Source of the DNA: the human T2T-CHM13v2.0 reference genome, Homo sapiens
Assembly: GCF_009914755.1 (NCBI RefSeq)
Contig: NC_060941.1
Strand: one strand, 5' to 3'
DNA length: 64,000 nt
Below, piece after piece: positions 39,793 through 54,500 of this stretch (the first letter of the stretch is position 1; each line of letters begins with the position of its first letter). The notes beneath the pieces were generated by a model. That model worked only from the letters and a program-made list of their open reading frames with translations. It was not told the origin of the DNA and searched no databases. A program made the position numbers and the translations under genes.

Positions 39793-41162
39793 GAGGATGT
39801 CACCAAGATGGCAGAATAGGTCACATGCTCATATCCCCTCACAACAACAAGAATCCCACACTCATCCACAGATGGAAGTCTCTCTGAGGGAGCTTGGAGA
39901 TTCAGGTATGAGGCTGTGAAATCCCAGTGGAGCCCAAAACTTAGGGAGGCCATTTTGAGTGTGCAGACCAGCCCACAGGTAGCAGACTTGCTGATTTTGC
40001 TCCTGAGTTCAAACCCATAAATTTGCCCTGCTCCCTAAAGGGCATGGCTACAGTCATGTTTGGCCCTTAACCTGAAATCAAAACCATCTGCCAAAAGGTC
40101 CAGGAAGAATCTTTCACACTAGTGCCTTGGCAGAAAGGCTTGGCTGCCTGCTGACATCAGTCTCAGCAACAGACCTGAAAGTTACTTAGTAACTCAACCT
40201 CTGCTCCCCTCAGCCATGGTCCCAGCTTATTACTGCTCACGCAAGAATTTAGAGGAAGACTCACTCATATCTTGTAGCCTGGAAATTATTTACCCATCTG
40301 AGACTCCATGATAGGCACAGCAGCCTCTATCTCAAAGCAGATTATGAGAGGCTTCAGTCTCATCTCTGGCCTCTCTTGCTTCAGTTAGGAAGCTGTACCA
40401 CCTATGTAGGGAGTTGCTAGGGATTCACCCCTGCTGGGGACACAGGAGTGTGCTTGCTGGTCCCCATCCTACAGCAGATTCTGAGAGGGCCCAGTACCAG
40501 CTCCAGCCTCTCTCACTACAGTTGGGGGAACTGCTCCATCTGTGCAGAAAACTGCTTAGAAGTGCACACATCTAGGCTACTGAGAAGTCTCACAACTTCT
40601 ATCCCGCTGCATGTTCTGAGAAAGTCCAATCTTGACTACAACCCCTCTGACTTCAGTCAGAGGATTATCTTACCTGGGAAGAGAACTGCTGGGAAAATTG
40701 CTTGTCTTTGCCAACAGGACAATCTTCCAGGCTCAGTTCCCTAGCCAGCTTTTCACACAGTCCGAGTATAACCCTGCCTTGGGTCTTCTCCAAGTACATA
40801 CAGCCCAGGTCATCACACTAACCTTGGAGTTCTCACAAGATTTAAGGTGAATCTGGGTTTAGGTTTTCTTCTAGGGCTGAGAAAGTGGCAGCAGTCATGG
40901 GATTTGACAATATTCAGCCTCTGAGATTTCTGGACAAGCCCACAGAAGAAAGACAGGCACGAACAAACCAGACTGCATAGATTGGAGTAAATACCTAATT
41001 CTTCAATGCACCGACATCAGTGTATGGCTACAAGTGTTAGGAATAATCAGGAAATTATGACCTCATGAAAGGGACAAAATAAGTTGCCAGTGATTGAAGC
41101 TAAATAGATGGAGATGTGTTATATTCCAGACAAGAAACTTAAAACAATTCCATTAAGGAAGC

Positions 41163-43522
41163 TGTATTAGTCCGTTCTCACCCTGCTAATAAAGATGGAC
41201 CCAAGACTGGGTAATTTATAAAGAAAAGAGGTTTAATTGATTCACAGTTCAGCAGGGCTGTAGAAGCCTCAGGAAACTTACAATCATGGTGGAAGGGGAA
41301 GCAAACATACCCTTCTTCACATGTTGGCAAGAGAGAGAGGTGCTGAACAAAGTGGGAAAAGCCCCTCATAAAACCAACAGATCTCATGAGAACTCACTCC
41401 CTACCATGAGAACAGCATAAGGGTAACTGCCCTCATGATTCAATTACTTCCCACCAGGTCCCTTCCACAACATGTGAGGATTATGGGAACTACAATTCAA
41501 GATGAGATTTTGGTGGGGACACAGCCAAACCATATTGTTCTGATGCTGGCCCCTCCCAAATCTCATGTTCTCATATATTAAAACACAATAATGCCTTCCC
41601 AATAGTCCCCCAAAGTCTGAACTCATTCCATTATTAACTCACAAGTCTCCAAAGTGTCATCTGAGACAAGGAAAATTCCTTCTACCTATGAGCCTGTAAA
41701 ATTGAAAGCAAGTTAGTTACTTCCTAGATACAACGAGGGTAATAGCACTGGGTGAATACACCCATTTCAAATGGGAGACATTGGCCGAAACAAAGGGGCT
41801 ACCAGCTGCATGCAAGTCCAAAATCCAATTGGGCAGCCATTAAACCTTAAAGTTCCAAAATGATCTCCTTTGACTCCATGTCTCACATCTAGGGTATGCT
41901 GATGCAAAAGATAGGCTCTCATGGCTTTGTGCAGCTCTGAGTATGTGGATTTGCAAGGTACAGCCACACTCCTAGCTGCTTTCACGGTCTGGCATTGAGT
42001 GTCTGGAGGCTTTTCCAGGTGCACAGTGCAGGCTTTCAGTGGATCTACCATTCTGGGATCTGGAGGATGGTGGCCCTCTTCTCACAGCTCCACTAGGCAG
42101 TACCCCAGTGGAGACTCAGTGTGGGGGCTCCCATCCCACATTTTCTTTCCACACTGCACTGGCAGAGGTTCTCCATGAAGGCTCCACCCCTGCAGCAAAC
42201 TTCTGCCTGGGCATCCAGGCATTTCCTTACATCCTCTGAAATCTAGGCAGAGGTTTCCAAACCTCAATTCCTGACTTCTCTGCACTCGCAGGCCCAACAC
42301 CATGTCTAAGCTGCCAAATGCTTGGGGCTTCCACCCTCTGAAGAAATGGTGTGAGCTGTAAGTTGGCTTGATTAAGCCACAGCTGGAGATGAAGCAGCTG
42401 GGATATAGAGCACTATGTCCCAAGGCTGCATAGAGCAGAAGGACTGTGGGCCCAGACCACAAAGCCATTTTTTTTCCTCTGAGGCCTCTGGGCCTGTGAT
42501 GCGAGGGGCTGCCATGAAGGTCTCTGACATGCCCTGGAGACATTTTCCCCATTGTCTTGGCAATTAACATTTGGCTCACTAGTTATGCAAATTTCTGCAG
42601 CCAGCTTGAACATCTCAGAAAATGGGTTTTTCTTTTTTATTGCATTGTCAGGCTCCAAATTTTCCAAATTTTTATGCTCTGCTTCCTCTTGAATGTTTTG
42701 CTGCTTAGAAATTTCTTCCTCCAGATACCCTAAATCATCTCTCTCAAGTTCAAAGTTTCAAAGATTTCTAGATCAGAGGTAAAATGCTGCCAGTCTCTTT
42801 GCTGAAGCATAACAAGAGTCACCTTTGCTCCAGTTCCCAAATTCTTCATCTCCATCTGATACCACCTCAGCTTGGACTTCATTGTTCATATTGCTATCAG
42901 CATTTTACTGATATTACTATCAGACTTGTCAAAGCAATTTAACAAGTCTCTGGGAAGTTCAAAACTTTCCACATCTTCCTGTCTTCTGAGCCTTCCAAGT
43001 CTCTAGAAATTTCCAAACTTTTCCACATTTTTCTATCTCCTTCTGAGCCCTCCAAGCCATTCCAACCTCTTCCTGTTACCCAGTTCCAAAGTCATTTCCA
43101 CATTTTCAGGTACTTTTACAGCAGCACCCCAGTCCCTGTGGTACCAATTTACTATTAGTCCATTCTCATGCTGCTAATAAAGGTGTACTCAAGACTGAGT
43201 AATTTATAAAGAAAAGAGGTTTAATTGACTCATAGTTTAGCATGGCTAGGGAGGCCTCAGGAAACTTACAATCATGGTAGAAGCATAAGCCAACATGTCC
43301 TTCATCACATGGCAGCAGGAAGGAGAAATGCCAAGTGAAGAAGGCAAAAGCCCCTTATAAAACCAACACATCTTGTGAGAACTCACTATCACTAGAACAG
43401 CATGGGGGTAACTGCCCCCATGATTCAATCACTTCCCACCGTCTCCCTCCCATGATACATGAGGATTTGGGGAACTCCAAATCAAGATGAGATTTGGGTG
43501 GGGACACAGACAAACCATATCA
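41163..43522 (-). mobile_element. Full-length THE1 (THE1D-like) MaLR: LTR 41163-41537, internal 41538-43152, LTR 43153-43522
   Basis: Two LTRs containing gcctcaggaaacttacaatcatgg; ~1.6-kb THE1-int; 5-bp TSD gaagc/gaatc; inserted in L1MA ORF1. Confidence 0.92.
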
Positions 43523-45031
43523 GAATCTCAGTGAACTTCAGCAAAACACAGAGAAACAATTCAGAAATTTATAAAAGAAATTACACAAATTTAAAAAATG
43601 AAAATAATCAAACAGATGTTGTGGAGCTACAAAACACAATGAATAAAGTGAAAAATGCAGTAGAGAGAATCAACAGCAGAATTAATCAAGCAGAAGACAA
43701 AATCAGTGAGCTTGAAGTTGAGTTATTTGAAAATATACAGTCAGAGGAGGAAAAATAAATATTAATGAAAAAGAATGAAGAAAACTTGTGAGATCTGGAG
43801 TATAGCATCAAGCAAGCAAATATTCAGGTCACTGGAGTTCAAGAGGAAGTAAAAAAAAGAATAAGGAGTAGACAGATTATTGAAAGAAATAATAACAGAA
43901 AACCAATCAAAAATGAAAAAAAAAAAGATGTAAATATTTAGGAAGAGGAAGGTCAAAGTTCACCAATCAAAATCAGCCCAAATATGATTATCCCAACACA
44001 TTTTATAATTAAATTCTCAAGTTTCAAAAAGAAGGAGAACCCTGAAGGCAACAAGAGAAATTAAATAACATCTAAGGCAGATTCAATATGCCTGGCAACA
44101 GGGTTCTCAGCAGAAAAATAGAGAAAAATTCAGGATACTATAGTACTGTAATCATGGTGTATAAACCACTTACAATTTTAATATGAGGACTAAAAGAAAA
44201 CTATTTAAAAAATAGCTACAATAATTTAAGAAATAATATAAAAAGATGTAAATTATGACATCAAGAATTCAAAATGTGAGGAGAGGATTCAGTTAAGTGT
44301 ACAGGTTTTTTTGTTTATTTTCTTTGGTAAGTTGTAATCAAGTTAAAATAACTTCTTCAAACTATAAGATACTATTGTAAGCTTCATGGCAATCACAAAG
44401 CAAAAATCTGTAAGAGATACATTAAAAATAAAAAAAAAAATCAAAACATATTACCAGGGAAAATTACTTAATTATAAGTGAGGACAGTGAGAGAGGAAAA
44501 AAGGAGGAAAGGATCTACAAAATAACTAGAAAACAAGTGGCAAAATAGCAGTTGTAATTTCTTATCTACATATAATTACATTGAGTGTAAGCTGATTAAA
44601 TTCTCCCATTAACAGACATAGATTGGCTGAATGTTTTTCTGTTCTATTTTGTTTTGTTATATTTTAGAAAAAACAGTACCCAACTATATGCTGCCTAAAA
44701 AAGGCTTACTTTACCTGTAAGGACACAGATACATTGAAAGTTAAAGTTTGAAAAAAGACAGTCTATGCACATGAAAACCAAAAAGAGCGGGAGTGGCTAT
44801 ACCCATATTACGTAAAATAGACTTTATGTCATAAACTGTAATAAAAGAAAAAAGGCCACTATATAATGATAAAGGTGTCAATGTAGCAAGAGGATATAAT
44901 AAATTTAAATATAAATGGATTCCACATCAGAGCACCTACATATATAAAGCAAATATTAATAGACATAGTGGGAGAGACAGACCATGATACAATAATAGTA
45001 GGGAATTTTGACATCCCAATTTCGGCAATAA

Positions 45032-45518
<487 letters not shown>

Positions 45519-48500
45519 CCAACAATTTTTTAAAAATTAAAATCATATCAAGTATTTGTTATATCCACAATACAATAAAATTAGAAATCAGTAACAGCAG
45601 GAACTTTGTGAACTGTACAAATACATGAAAATTAAACATCATGCTCATGAACAACCAACAGATCAATAAATATAGTTTTTAAAAAATTAAAAATTTTAGA
45701 CACAATAAAAATGGAAACACAATATATCAAAACCTGTGCAATATAGCCAAAGCAGTTCTAAGATGAGAATTTATATCAAACTAAATAAAAAAAGTAGAAA
45801 GATCTTAAACAATAACCTAACACTTACCATTATCACTACTATTCAACACAATTCTGGAACTCCTAGCCAGATAAATTAGGCAAGAGAAATAAATAAAGGG
45901 CATACAAATTGGAAAGGAGGAAGTTAAAGTGTCCTCTGAAGATTCTACAAGAATTATTAAAACTAGTAAACAAATTCAGTAAAGTTGTAGGATATAAAAT
46001 TAAAATACAAAGACCAGCAGTGTTTCTACACCCTGACAGCAACATATTTTTAAAGATCAAGAAAACGATGCCATTTATAATAGCTAGTGAATGAATGAAT
46101 GAATGAATAAAATACTTAGGAATACATTTAAGCAAGGACGTAAAAATATCTCTACAATGAAAACTATAAAACATTGATGAAAGAAATTGAAGAGAATACA
46201 AGTAAATAGAAAGATATCTCATGTTCATGAAGGAGGAGGATTAAGGTTAAAATGTCCATACTGCCCAAAGCAGTCAATACAGTCAATGCAATCTCTATCC
46301 ATAGATGAATGACATTCTACACAGAAATAAAAGAAACAATCCTAAAATTTGCATAGAACCAGAAAAGACCCTGAATAGTCAACATAGTCTGGAGCAAAAT
46401 GAGCAAAACTGGAGTCATCACATTATCTGACTTCAAAATAGACTATGAAGTTATAATAATCAAACCATTGTGGCATAGCCATTAAAACAGACACATAGAC
46501 CAAGCGAACATATCAGAAAACCCAGAAATAGATCCATACATTTATATTACACTACTTTTCAACAAAGGTGCCAAAAACACATGTTGGAAAAGAGCAGTAT
46601 CTTCAATGAATTATGCTGAGATAACTGGATGTTCACGTGCAGAAGAATAAAACTAGACTTCTGGCTTCCATCATATGCAAATATCAACTCAAAATAACTT
46701 AAAGCTCTAAATGTAAGACCTGAAACTACTAGAAGAATATAGGTAAATACTTTATAACATTTGTCTGAGCAAGGAATTTTTGTATAAGACCTCAAAAGCA
46801 CTGGCAACAAAAGCAAAAATAGACAAATAGAATTCCACTAAACTAAAAAGCTTTTGTACATCAAAGCAAACAATTAAGAGAGTGAAGAGATAACCTACAG
46901 AATGGGAGAAAATAATTACAAACTATGTGTCTGACAAGAGTTTAATATCCAAAATATATAAGAAACTCAAACAATTCAAAAGCAAGCAAGCAGTCTCATT
47001 TTATAAATGGGGAAAATACCTTAGACATTTTTAAAAGAAGATATACAAATGGGCCAACAGTTATATTTTTTAAAATGCTCAAATCACTAATTATCAGGGA
47101 AATGCAAATCAAAACCATAATGAGATATTATCTCACCCCAGTTAAAATTGTTATTACCAAAAAAAAGACTGAAAATAACAAATGCCGACCAGAATATGGA
47201 AAGAGTGGAACTCACACACTGTTGGTGGGAATGTAAATTACTGCAGTCATCATGTACAACAGTATATGGATTCCTCGAAAAATTAAAAATAAAACTACCA
47301 TATGATTCTCTAATCCCAATATTGGATACACATTCAAAGGAAATCAGTATGTAAAAGATATATCCATATTCCCATATTTATTGAAGCCCTATTCACAATA
47401 ACCAAGACCTGGAATCAGTGTCCATTGATGGATAAATAGATACAAAAAAATGTGGTATCTATGCACAGTGGAAAACTAGCCATATAAAAGAATGAAATTC
47501 TGTTTTTACAACATGGAGGAGGCTAGAGAACATTATTACAAGTGAAATAAAACAAGCACAGAAAGACAAATACCACATGATATTGCTTGTGGAATTTGAA
47601 AAAGTTGATCTAATAAGAATTAAGTGCAAAATAGTATAACTTAGCAAAGTTATAGTTAAATAGGAGAAATAAGTTCTGGTATTCTATTACACAGTACAGT
47701 GACTGCAATTAATAATAATGTATTATATATTTCAAAATATCTAGAAAAGAGAATTTCAAATGTTCTCATCACAAAGAAATGACCAGTGTTTGAAGTGATG
47801 GATATGCTAATTACCCTGATTTGATCATTACACAATGTATAAATATATCAAAGCATCACACTGTACTATATAAATATGTACAAGTATGTGTCAATTAAAA
47901 ATAAAACAAAACAAAATAAAAAATAAAGAGTATGTTATTAGTTTTGAAACCCTAAGTGGTAAACACAGATTATCTTTGTAAGAAAAGGGCATCTCACAAC
48001 TTTTTAGATGTGGACTCACAGGAGACTAGAATCTTTTAGGGGACGTCAGTGGCACCATCATGAGAGTTTTGGAAAATATGTAACTGACCACAGTCTAAGC
48101 ATCTAGTGAGGCTGAAGGGTAAAACACGTACCGAGCCATCTGGGAGATACTTGATCAAAGAGAGTGAGCCGCTCTTATTTTTATATCCTGAGTTCAACAC
48201 AGTCTATCTTGAGTGCTCAGAAGTACTCAAAGAACACATCTGTGGGATGAAATAAGTGACCTAAGCTGATTCAGCCTGCCTAACGTTGAAAAGGGGATCA
48301 GGAACTTCATCCGTACATTGTCAATAAGCACAGGTCAGTATTAAAGGCACTTAGTGCTACTGGCTTTTGAGCTTGTTGAGGATTCTGCCATTCTCAGATT
48401 TCTAGCTGGAGATTTCATTATTGGGTGCCTGCTATATGGGTTATCCTTTGCCTGTCTGCTGTTCAGCTTCCAAAATTTTATGATCGTTATCTTCTCTCCC

Positions 48501-50152
48501 ACCATCCTTATTCCTTTGTATTTTATATCTTTTTAAAAATGTCTTTATGGTAATTCTATTGAGTATTTGACTGATAGCAAGGTCAAACTGGAACATTTAA
48601 TTTATAGGCTTTGCCAAGCAACCTATAAAACCTCTTTAAAGAAAATAGTACTGACATATTTATCAATAAATTTAACCTATGTATTGTGTAACATACCATT
48701 TTATAAAGTTGGTAAAATACAGCAAGTTAACATTGTAGTCAAATATACCCCAAACCATATTCAAAAGTATTTTATTCTTACCATAACTGTTTTTCTTGTT
48801 TTTGCTTTATTCTTTTTAAAATAAATCAAAAGTGTAAGTCAAATGAAAAGTTTGATTTTTATCACAAAAATCATGGGATTGAGAAAGATTGCTTTGGGGA
48901 GATTTTGAGAGACTCATGAAGAGATTTGGTGTAACTCTGACTTCGTCAAAGAAACTCAAGGATATTTGCTCCCCTGACTGATTTTTTCTCTTAATTGTAA
49001 ATTTCTTCTAAAACAAGCAATAGTCTTAAAATACATCTCCCTAATTGTGAGTATGTAGTAGATAACTCTCAGGGGTATCACCCCAGCCCATGCCTCTCTT
49101 CTCCATAAACTGTTTCTGTAACTACAATGTCAAGTATATATGGATGTATTTTCTTGCCACTTCTCTGATCTAAAGGAAATGAGTATTCATCAAAACTATT
49201 CTGTTTGCAGGAATCTAGAAGCAGAAATCCCCTTCATAGTTCCTGAAAGTGTATGCTCTCAGTTCTGAAATTAGGACAAAATCAATGGCCTCACACTTTC
49301 TGAATGTCTGGGAGAATTTCTTCTCACTTGTGCCATTTACCCACCCTTGGTGAATGATTGTACTACAATATTAGGGGCCTCCCGCCAAGCCCCATGTTTA
49401 TAGAACATTGAAAATTATAGAACACAGGATTCATTATAATTGAAAGACTTTCATTATTCAAAATGTAAATAAATAGTGAAAAACTGTGTTTATGGTCAGA
49501 AAGCTGGAATAATAATACATTGAAGTCACAGGAAAATAAATTTACAGGATGGGTTGATTGATAGTGTCAAAGAGCATAAAGGAAAACCAATTTGTTTGTT
49601 TATTTTCAAATGTGTAGTTTCGGGAGTTTGAAGAGAGCCTGAAATAATTATAGTATGTAAATAACAAACTAGGAGAGAAAGCATTTATAAACCAGAGGCC
49701 ACAAGTTTACACTTTGCATTTTATACATTTGGCAGTGAAAGAAGGTAGAAAAAGAACTATGACCCATTTGTAAAATACTTCTTGTTTTCAGTGTTGCAAA
49801 CATTAATACTCCGATGGATTTTTAATGTGTTTTAAAATCAACAGTAAAATTATTAAAGACATCATTTTTGAGGAAAACTGCATTATAATATCATCCATGT
49901 AGAAGGGTTTGGTAAAATGCAGATCCAATGCTTGCTCACGCTTATGAAAGATTACCAAAAGGCTCTCACATATAAAATGATGCCAGAGAGAACTGGAGGA
50001 ATAATGTAATTAGATTTGTTGAATACCTCCAAGTGGGTTAGCTTCTTTCTTACATTTAAGGTTAAGTCAGAGTCAAAATGAGATTTAAGATAGAATGCTG
50101 TTAGGAATTAACTGTGGCACAGATCAGAATGACTGCATTATTATGTGTTGAG

Positions 50153-50500
50153 TGTCTCAGGCGTCTTTGATTGTAAACATCAGAAATGAGCTCTGGCTTA
50201 TTCGAATAAAAGTTTAGTTGTTAGAAGGACAGTAAGGTAATTCACAGAATCAAAGGAAAGCTGAACTAGCTAATGGAAGCCTTAAGAGCTAGACTGGCTT
50301 TGAGAGACTCAGCAGCAGAAACCCAGGGACCATCTTTCCAGAGTCTCACTGTATGGTAATCTGCCCCAACAGCCTTACATTCCTCCTTTCCATTTAAGAC
50401 TTTTACTTCCTGGGAGATAAAATTGAATTGACTAAGTCTGGATCAGGAGTCTCTCTCTATGTCAGGATTAGTATCTCACGGCCAGAAGATACAGTAAGAA
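50153..50500 (-). mobile_element. Old MLT1 (M/N-like) MaLR LTR fragment
   Basis: tctttgattgtaaacatcagaaa..ctctggctta...ttcacagaatcaaaggaaagctg. Confidence 0.5.
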
Positions 50501-50759
50501 CAATTGTGGGTTTGAAGCCCCTTCTGTCTTTCAGAGCTTTCAATTTTCTATCCAGCCTGTTGGCTAAGACAGACCCTTTCCGTTGGAATCTTGGTACATA
50601 CAGGACATCTATGTTTGGCCTATGCTGTGGAAGAATAAGGGTTCAAAAAACAGCAAGTGCTCTGCTAATTCCCTGCTTGTAAGATCATCTCCCATAAGCT
50701 CCGTATCTGTGCCATGTGGCACTAGTGGCATGTCAGTGATCCTCTTGTTTGACAGATTC

Positions 50760-51500
50760 CTTCCTGTCTCTTATATTCTTCACCTTATCTGTAGGCAAAT
50801 TGTATCAGCTCTGCCTTTAACATAGATTCAGAATTTGACCACTTCTCATCATGTCCCCTATTACCACAGACGAGGTGGCTTAGACAACAGTAATTTATTT
50901 TCTCACAGTTCTGAAGGCTAGAAGTTTGAGGTCAAGGTTTCAGTATAGGATTAGGACCCAGCCTAATGAACTCATTTATACTTAACTAACTCTTTAAATA
51001 CCTTATTTCCAAATAAAGTGGCACTCTGACATACTGCGTGTTAAGATATCACCATATGAATTTATGGAGGGACAAAATTTAGCCTATAACATTCACTCTG
51101 CCCAGGCCCACTAGCCTCTATGCAGGTCCCAGGACTTAAGCCTGGCTGGAGGGTTCCTGCATGAGGGCAAGAACTGGATGTTTCTATCTGCTTGGACAAT
51201 GATTCCTCCAGATATCTCCATGTCTCTATTATTAACTTCGGTAAGGCTTTATAAATATACCACCTTCTCCGCATGGGTTTGTCTGCCCAACGTGTTTAAA
51301 GATGCAACCATTAAACTCAGCACCTCTGTCACACTCCCTCATTCATTTCCCTGCATAATACATTATTTTGTTTATTGTCTATCTCCCCATTAGAATATAA
51401 GCTCTATGAGGAGCTGTTTTAACTGCTGAATCTTAGCAGTCTATAATAATAGTGCCTAACACATAGCCAGCATTCAGTAAATATTAATTATAATTTAATT
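50760..51500 (+). mobile_element. L2 3' fragment, interrupted by an MLT1
   Basis: tcagctctgcctttaacatagattcagaatttgaccacttctca; tctccccattagaatataagctctatgag; gtgcctaacacatag...cattcagtaaatatt. Confidence 0.7.
50858..51091 (-). mobile_element. MLT1B/C-like LTR with internal deletion
   Basis: accacagacgaggtggcttagacaacagtaatttattttctcacagttctgaaggctagaag...gggacaaaatttagcctataaca. Confidence 0.75.
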
Positions 51501-54500
51501 CATCAATGTCTGAATTAGTTGGTTTTTGAATATGACCTAGATGTGCAAAAGTCACTCATTTCCAAACCCAATTAAAAATAAGTTATTTCTAAAAATTCTG
51601 AGTTCCCATAGACATATGATGCCATTAAAAAATTAAAAAATGTTTCATGTAGAAATGTATAGTATAACATAGAATGATAAATTGAAACTTCCATTACATT
51701 TTATCTTTTCAAACCCAGTTTCTATGGAATGCTATAAAAGTAAGCATGAATTAACGTTATCATTTCCTAAGCTTAAAAAAGGATTTTCTCTCCAAATGGG
51801 TAAGTACTAATACTACTACTTAAAAAAAAAAAAAAAGGCTTCTTTGCAAACAGCAAGCACTGTTGACCAGGCATGAGAGCAGGTGTGGGAATCCTGAATC
51901 AAGATTCTGAATCACCTCTCTGCTTAAGCCAGGGAGAAGGCGCTGCTGGAAAGACAGAGCCCACCGTCCTGCCAACGGCAAGTGCAGAGGCAATTCCCTG
52001 TTGAGTTTTGCTTCTGCCTTATGCTTCTTGGAAGCAGAGTGTGGTTGTTAATACATCAGAAAGACTGGGGACTGCAAAGAGGAAGAAGAGCTGGAGCACT
52101 ACTCAGTAAATACTTTAAAGTACCCCTGGGATTGAAGTAAGTGTTTGGAGTGAGTGAGACTGTTTACCTAACAAAGCTTATATTATCACATTTCACATTT
52201 TGCCTGGCTCCAATGATGTGAGCCACATAAAAATGCATTCAACTGTGGCATTCCCCTGCTTCGCTGGCTTTAATTAAACTTGCTTTGTGCTTAGGAAATT
52301 TGCAAACTCTTTGCAGTGGAGGAAAGAAAAACACGGGTTATTCACATGGGTAGGTTTTTCCCTTTAACTCACACAGCTCAGAAGTTTTGTCATATTCAGT
52401 GACTCTGGTGGTTACAGCACAGTGCCAAAATTCATTAACAGACTCTGCTCACCATTCCTGGGAATGGAATTGCCACCTAACTCTAGTACACATGATTGAT
52501 AGCATCAGAGAAGAAGGTCACTAGATTCTGGCCCTTATCGAGATCTGTCACTCTGTGAAATGGCTTCACAGAAATGAACAGAAAACGATGGAGCTCCTTG
52601 CTGTGCCAACAGAGGCATCGGCTTGGGTATTTCCTGGCCTTTCTAGCACACACTACTCCACTTCACCTGGGAATGACTGGCTGGTGGTGAAGGGCTAAGC
52701 CCATAGCAAACTACCTTTCAGTTGTTACAAAGAAATAACTATATGACAAATCTTCAGGCAAGAAAAATTAATTCTTTAGTAGCAACAGTGCTCAGTATTT
52801 CAGCTGAGAGGTAACAGAAATCTGGGAGTGAAAAGAAAGCAAAGCTCTTCTTGCAGTAATCGGGGGATAATTTCACTTTATTTCAGGGGGAAACACAAAA
52901 CTGTTAAGAAGTAATTAAGGCAAATAAAATTGATCCTAGAGAAAAAATTTGAAAATTCCATAAGCCTCAAATTTGTTTGAGGTCAAAAATGATACGGTAT
53001 GGTGACATATGTCCTTAAACTACAAATTGTCACAGAAACTACAAATTGTCCTTGTGCTGCCCGATAGATTTGCCCATGACCACTGAAGATAATAGTCCAC
53101 TTAATGGAATTCCAAAGCTTCCAGAAAAAAACAGCCATCCCTTAACGCTTTCCTTTTCATGTACTGCTTCTTGGATTCCTTGAATAATGTTAATTATACT
53201 CTCTCCTCTCTAGTCTCCTCTTCCTGGAATGTTCCAATGCCTTCCTGCCTTTGCATGTGCTACTTCTGATAGAAGGTTTCCCAAGCTGGGAAACAATCCC
53301 CTTTGTGGTATTTGGAGACTTCAAATGAGCCTCATTCTATACTCATGTAAAACCACTGTTTTCCATACCTAGAAATAAGTCAAGCAGTTTAGGGTGCATC
53401 ATAGACCTGATTGATTAATACATCATATTGTTCATCTTGGAGGTTCATAGAGTAGTATGTTCATCTTGGAGGTTCATAGAAGGTGCTGGACTCAGGGTAC
53501 AAGTTCTGCCATTCCAGTTTGAGTTCACTTATATGCCTTGACTTTGTATTGATCTTCCTACTATTTGACATGTTCATTTCCTTATATCTGGACTCCAGTT
53601 CCTGAGAAGGTGATGTGCTGTATTCGCAATTTTGGGAACAGATGACATAAAAAATGTCATACTTTACCTCCCCTCAAAGCTCCAGTAAGAGACAGATATT
53701 CAACTTTGAGGTGGATGCAAACTGCCTCTCTCCAAGGGAGGGATTTATGGCCTTAGACACACACTTATGAGAAATGAATGCAGGCTGGTATTCATTGTTC
53801 AAGAGGCTCTTATCTCAATTGTTGCTATGCCTTAAATGTGCTTCTCTCTATCCTTCATACCCTCCTTCACCTGAAGAACATTTATATCCGTTTTAACTCA
53901 CAACCTAAATATTACTTCCTCAAGATGGCATTCTCTGGCTACTATGTCAAGAATAGGATTCCACCCCCATCACCCACTGCTAAATTTGACTGGCCTTAAG
54001 AGAAAAAAATTTAAAAAAACTCATATTGTTTCCTTTTATATTACTTTGATTTTTTCCCCTTTGTAGTCTTCTCTTTTGTGGTTTTTTCCTCTATTGTCAT
54101 TGTGGATTTTTAACACTTCACATGGGCAAAAACCTGCCTGTTTTGTTTACTGGTATACTCCTGCAGCTGTGATGGTAGGTTTTCATGATGAACGAACAAT
54201 GTTTGCTGCATAAACAAACTAAAAGAGTAAAATATAACTATCAAAAAAATAAAACCATCTCTTACAGGGAACACATAGATATTTAAAGCAATATTAGCAC
54301 TTACCCTAAGACCAGGTTATGATGGAAAGAAAGTACTATCTCTAAGCATGGAGGATGAGAACCATGCTCAGTGGCCAACTCGAGCTCAGTGGCTAGAGTT
54401 GTACACCCCTAAGACTACCTATTTATCTATTAACTATGGTTTTTAGAAAATTGATGTTAACAAATGTGTGAAGTATTGTACATTGTCATGAATCAGTTGT

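Noticed and set aside
41767-42667. ORFs of 63-165 aa
   Set aside because: Decayed THE1 internal ORF fragments common to many MaLR copies.
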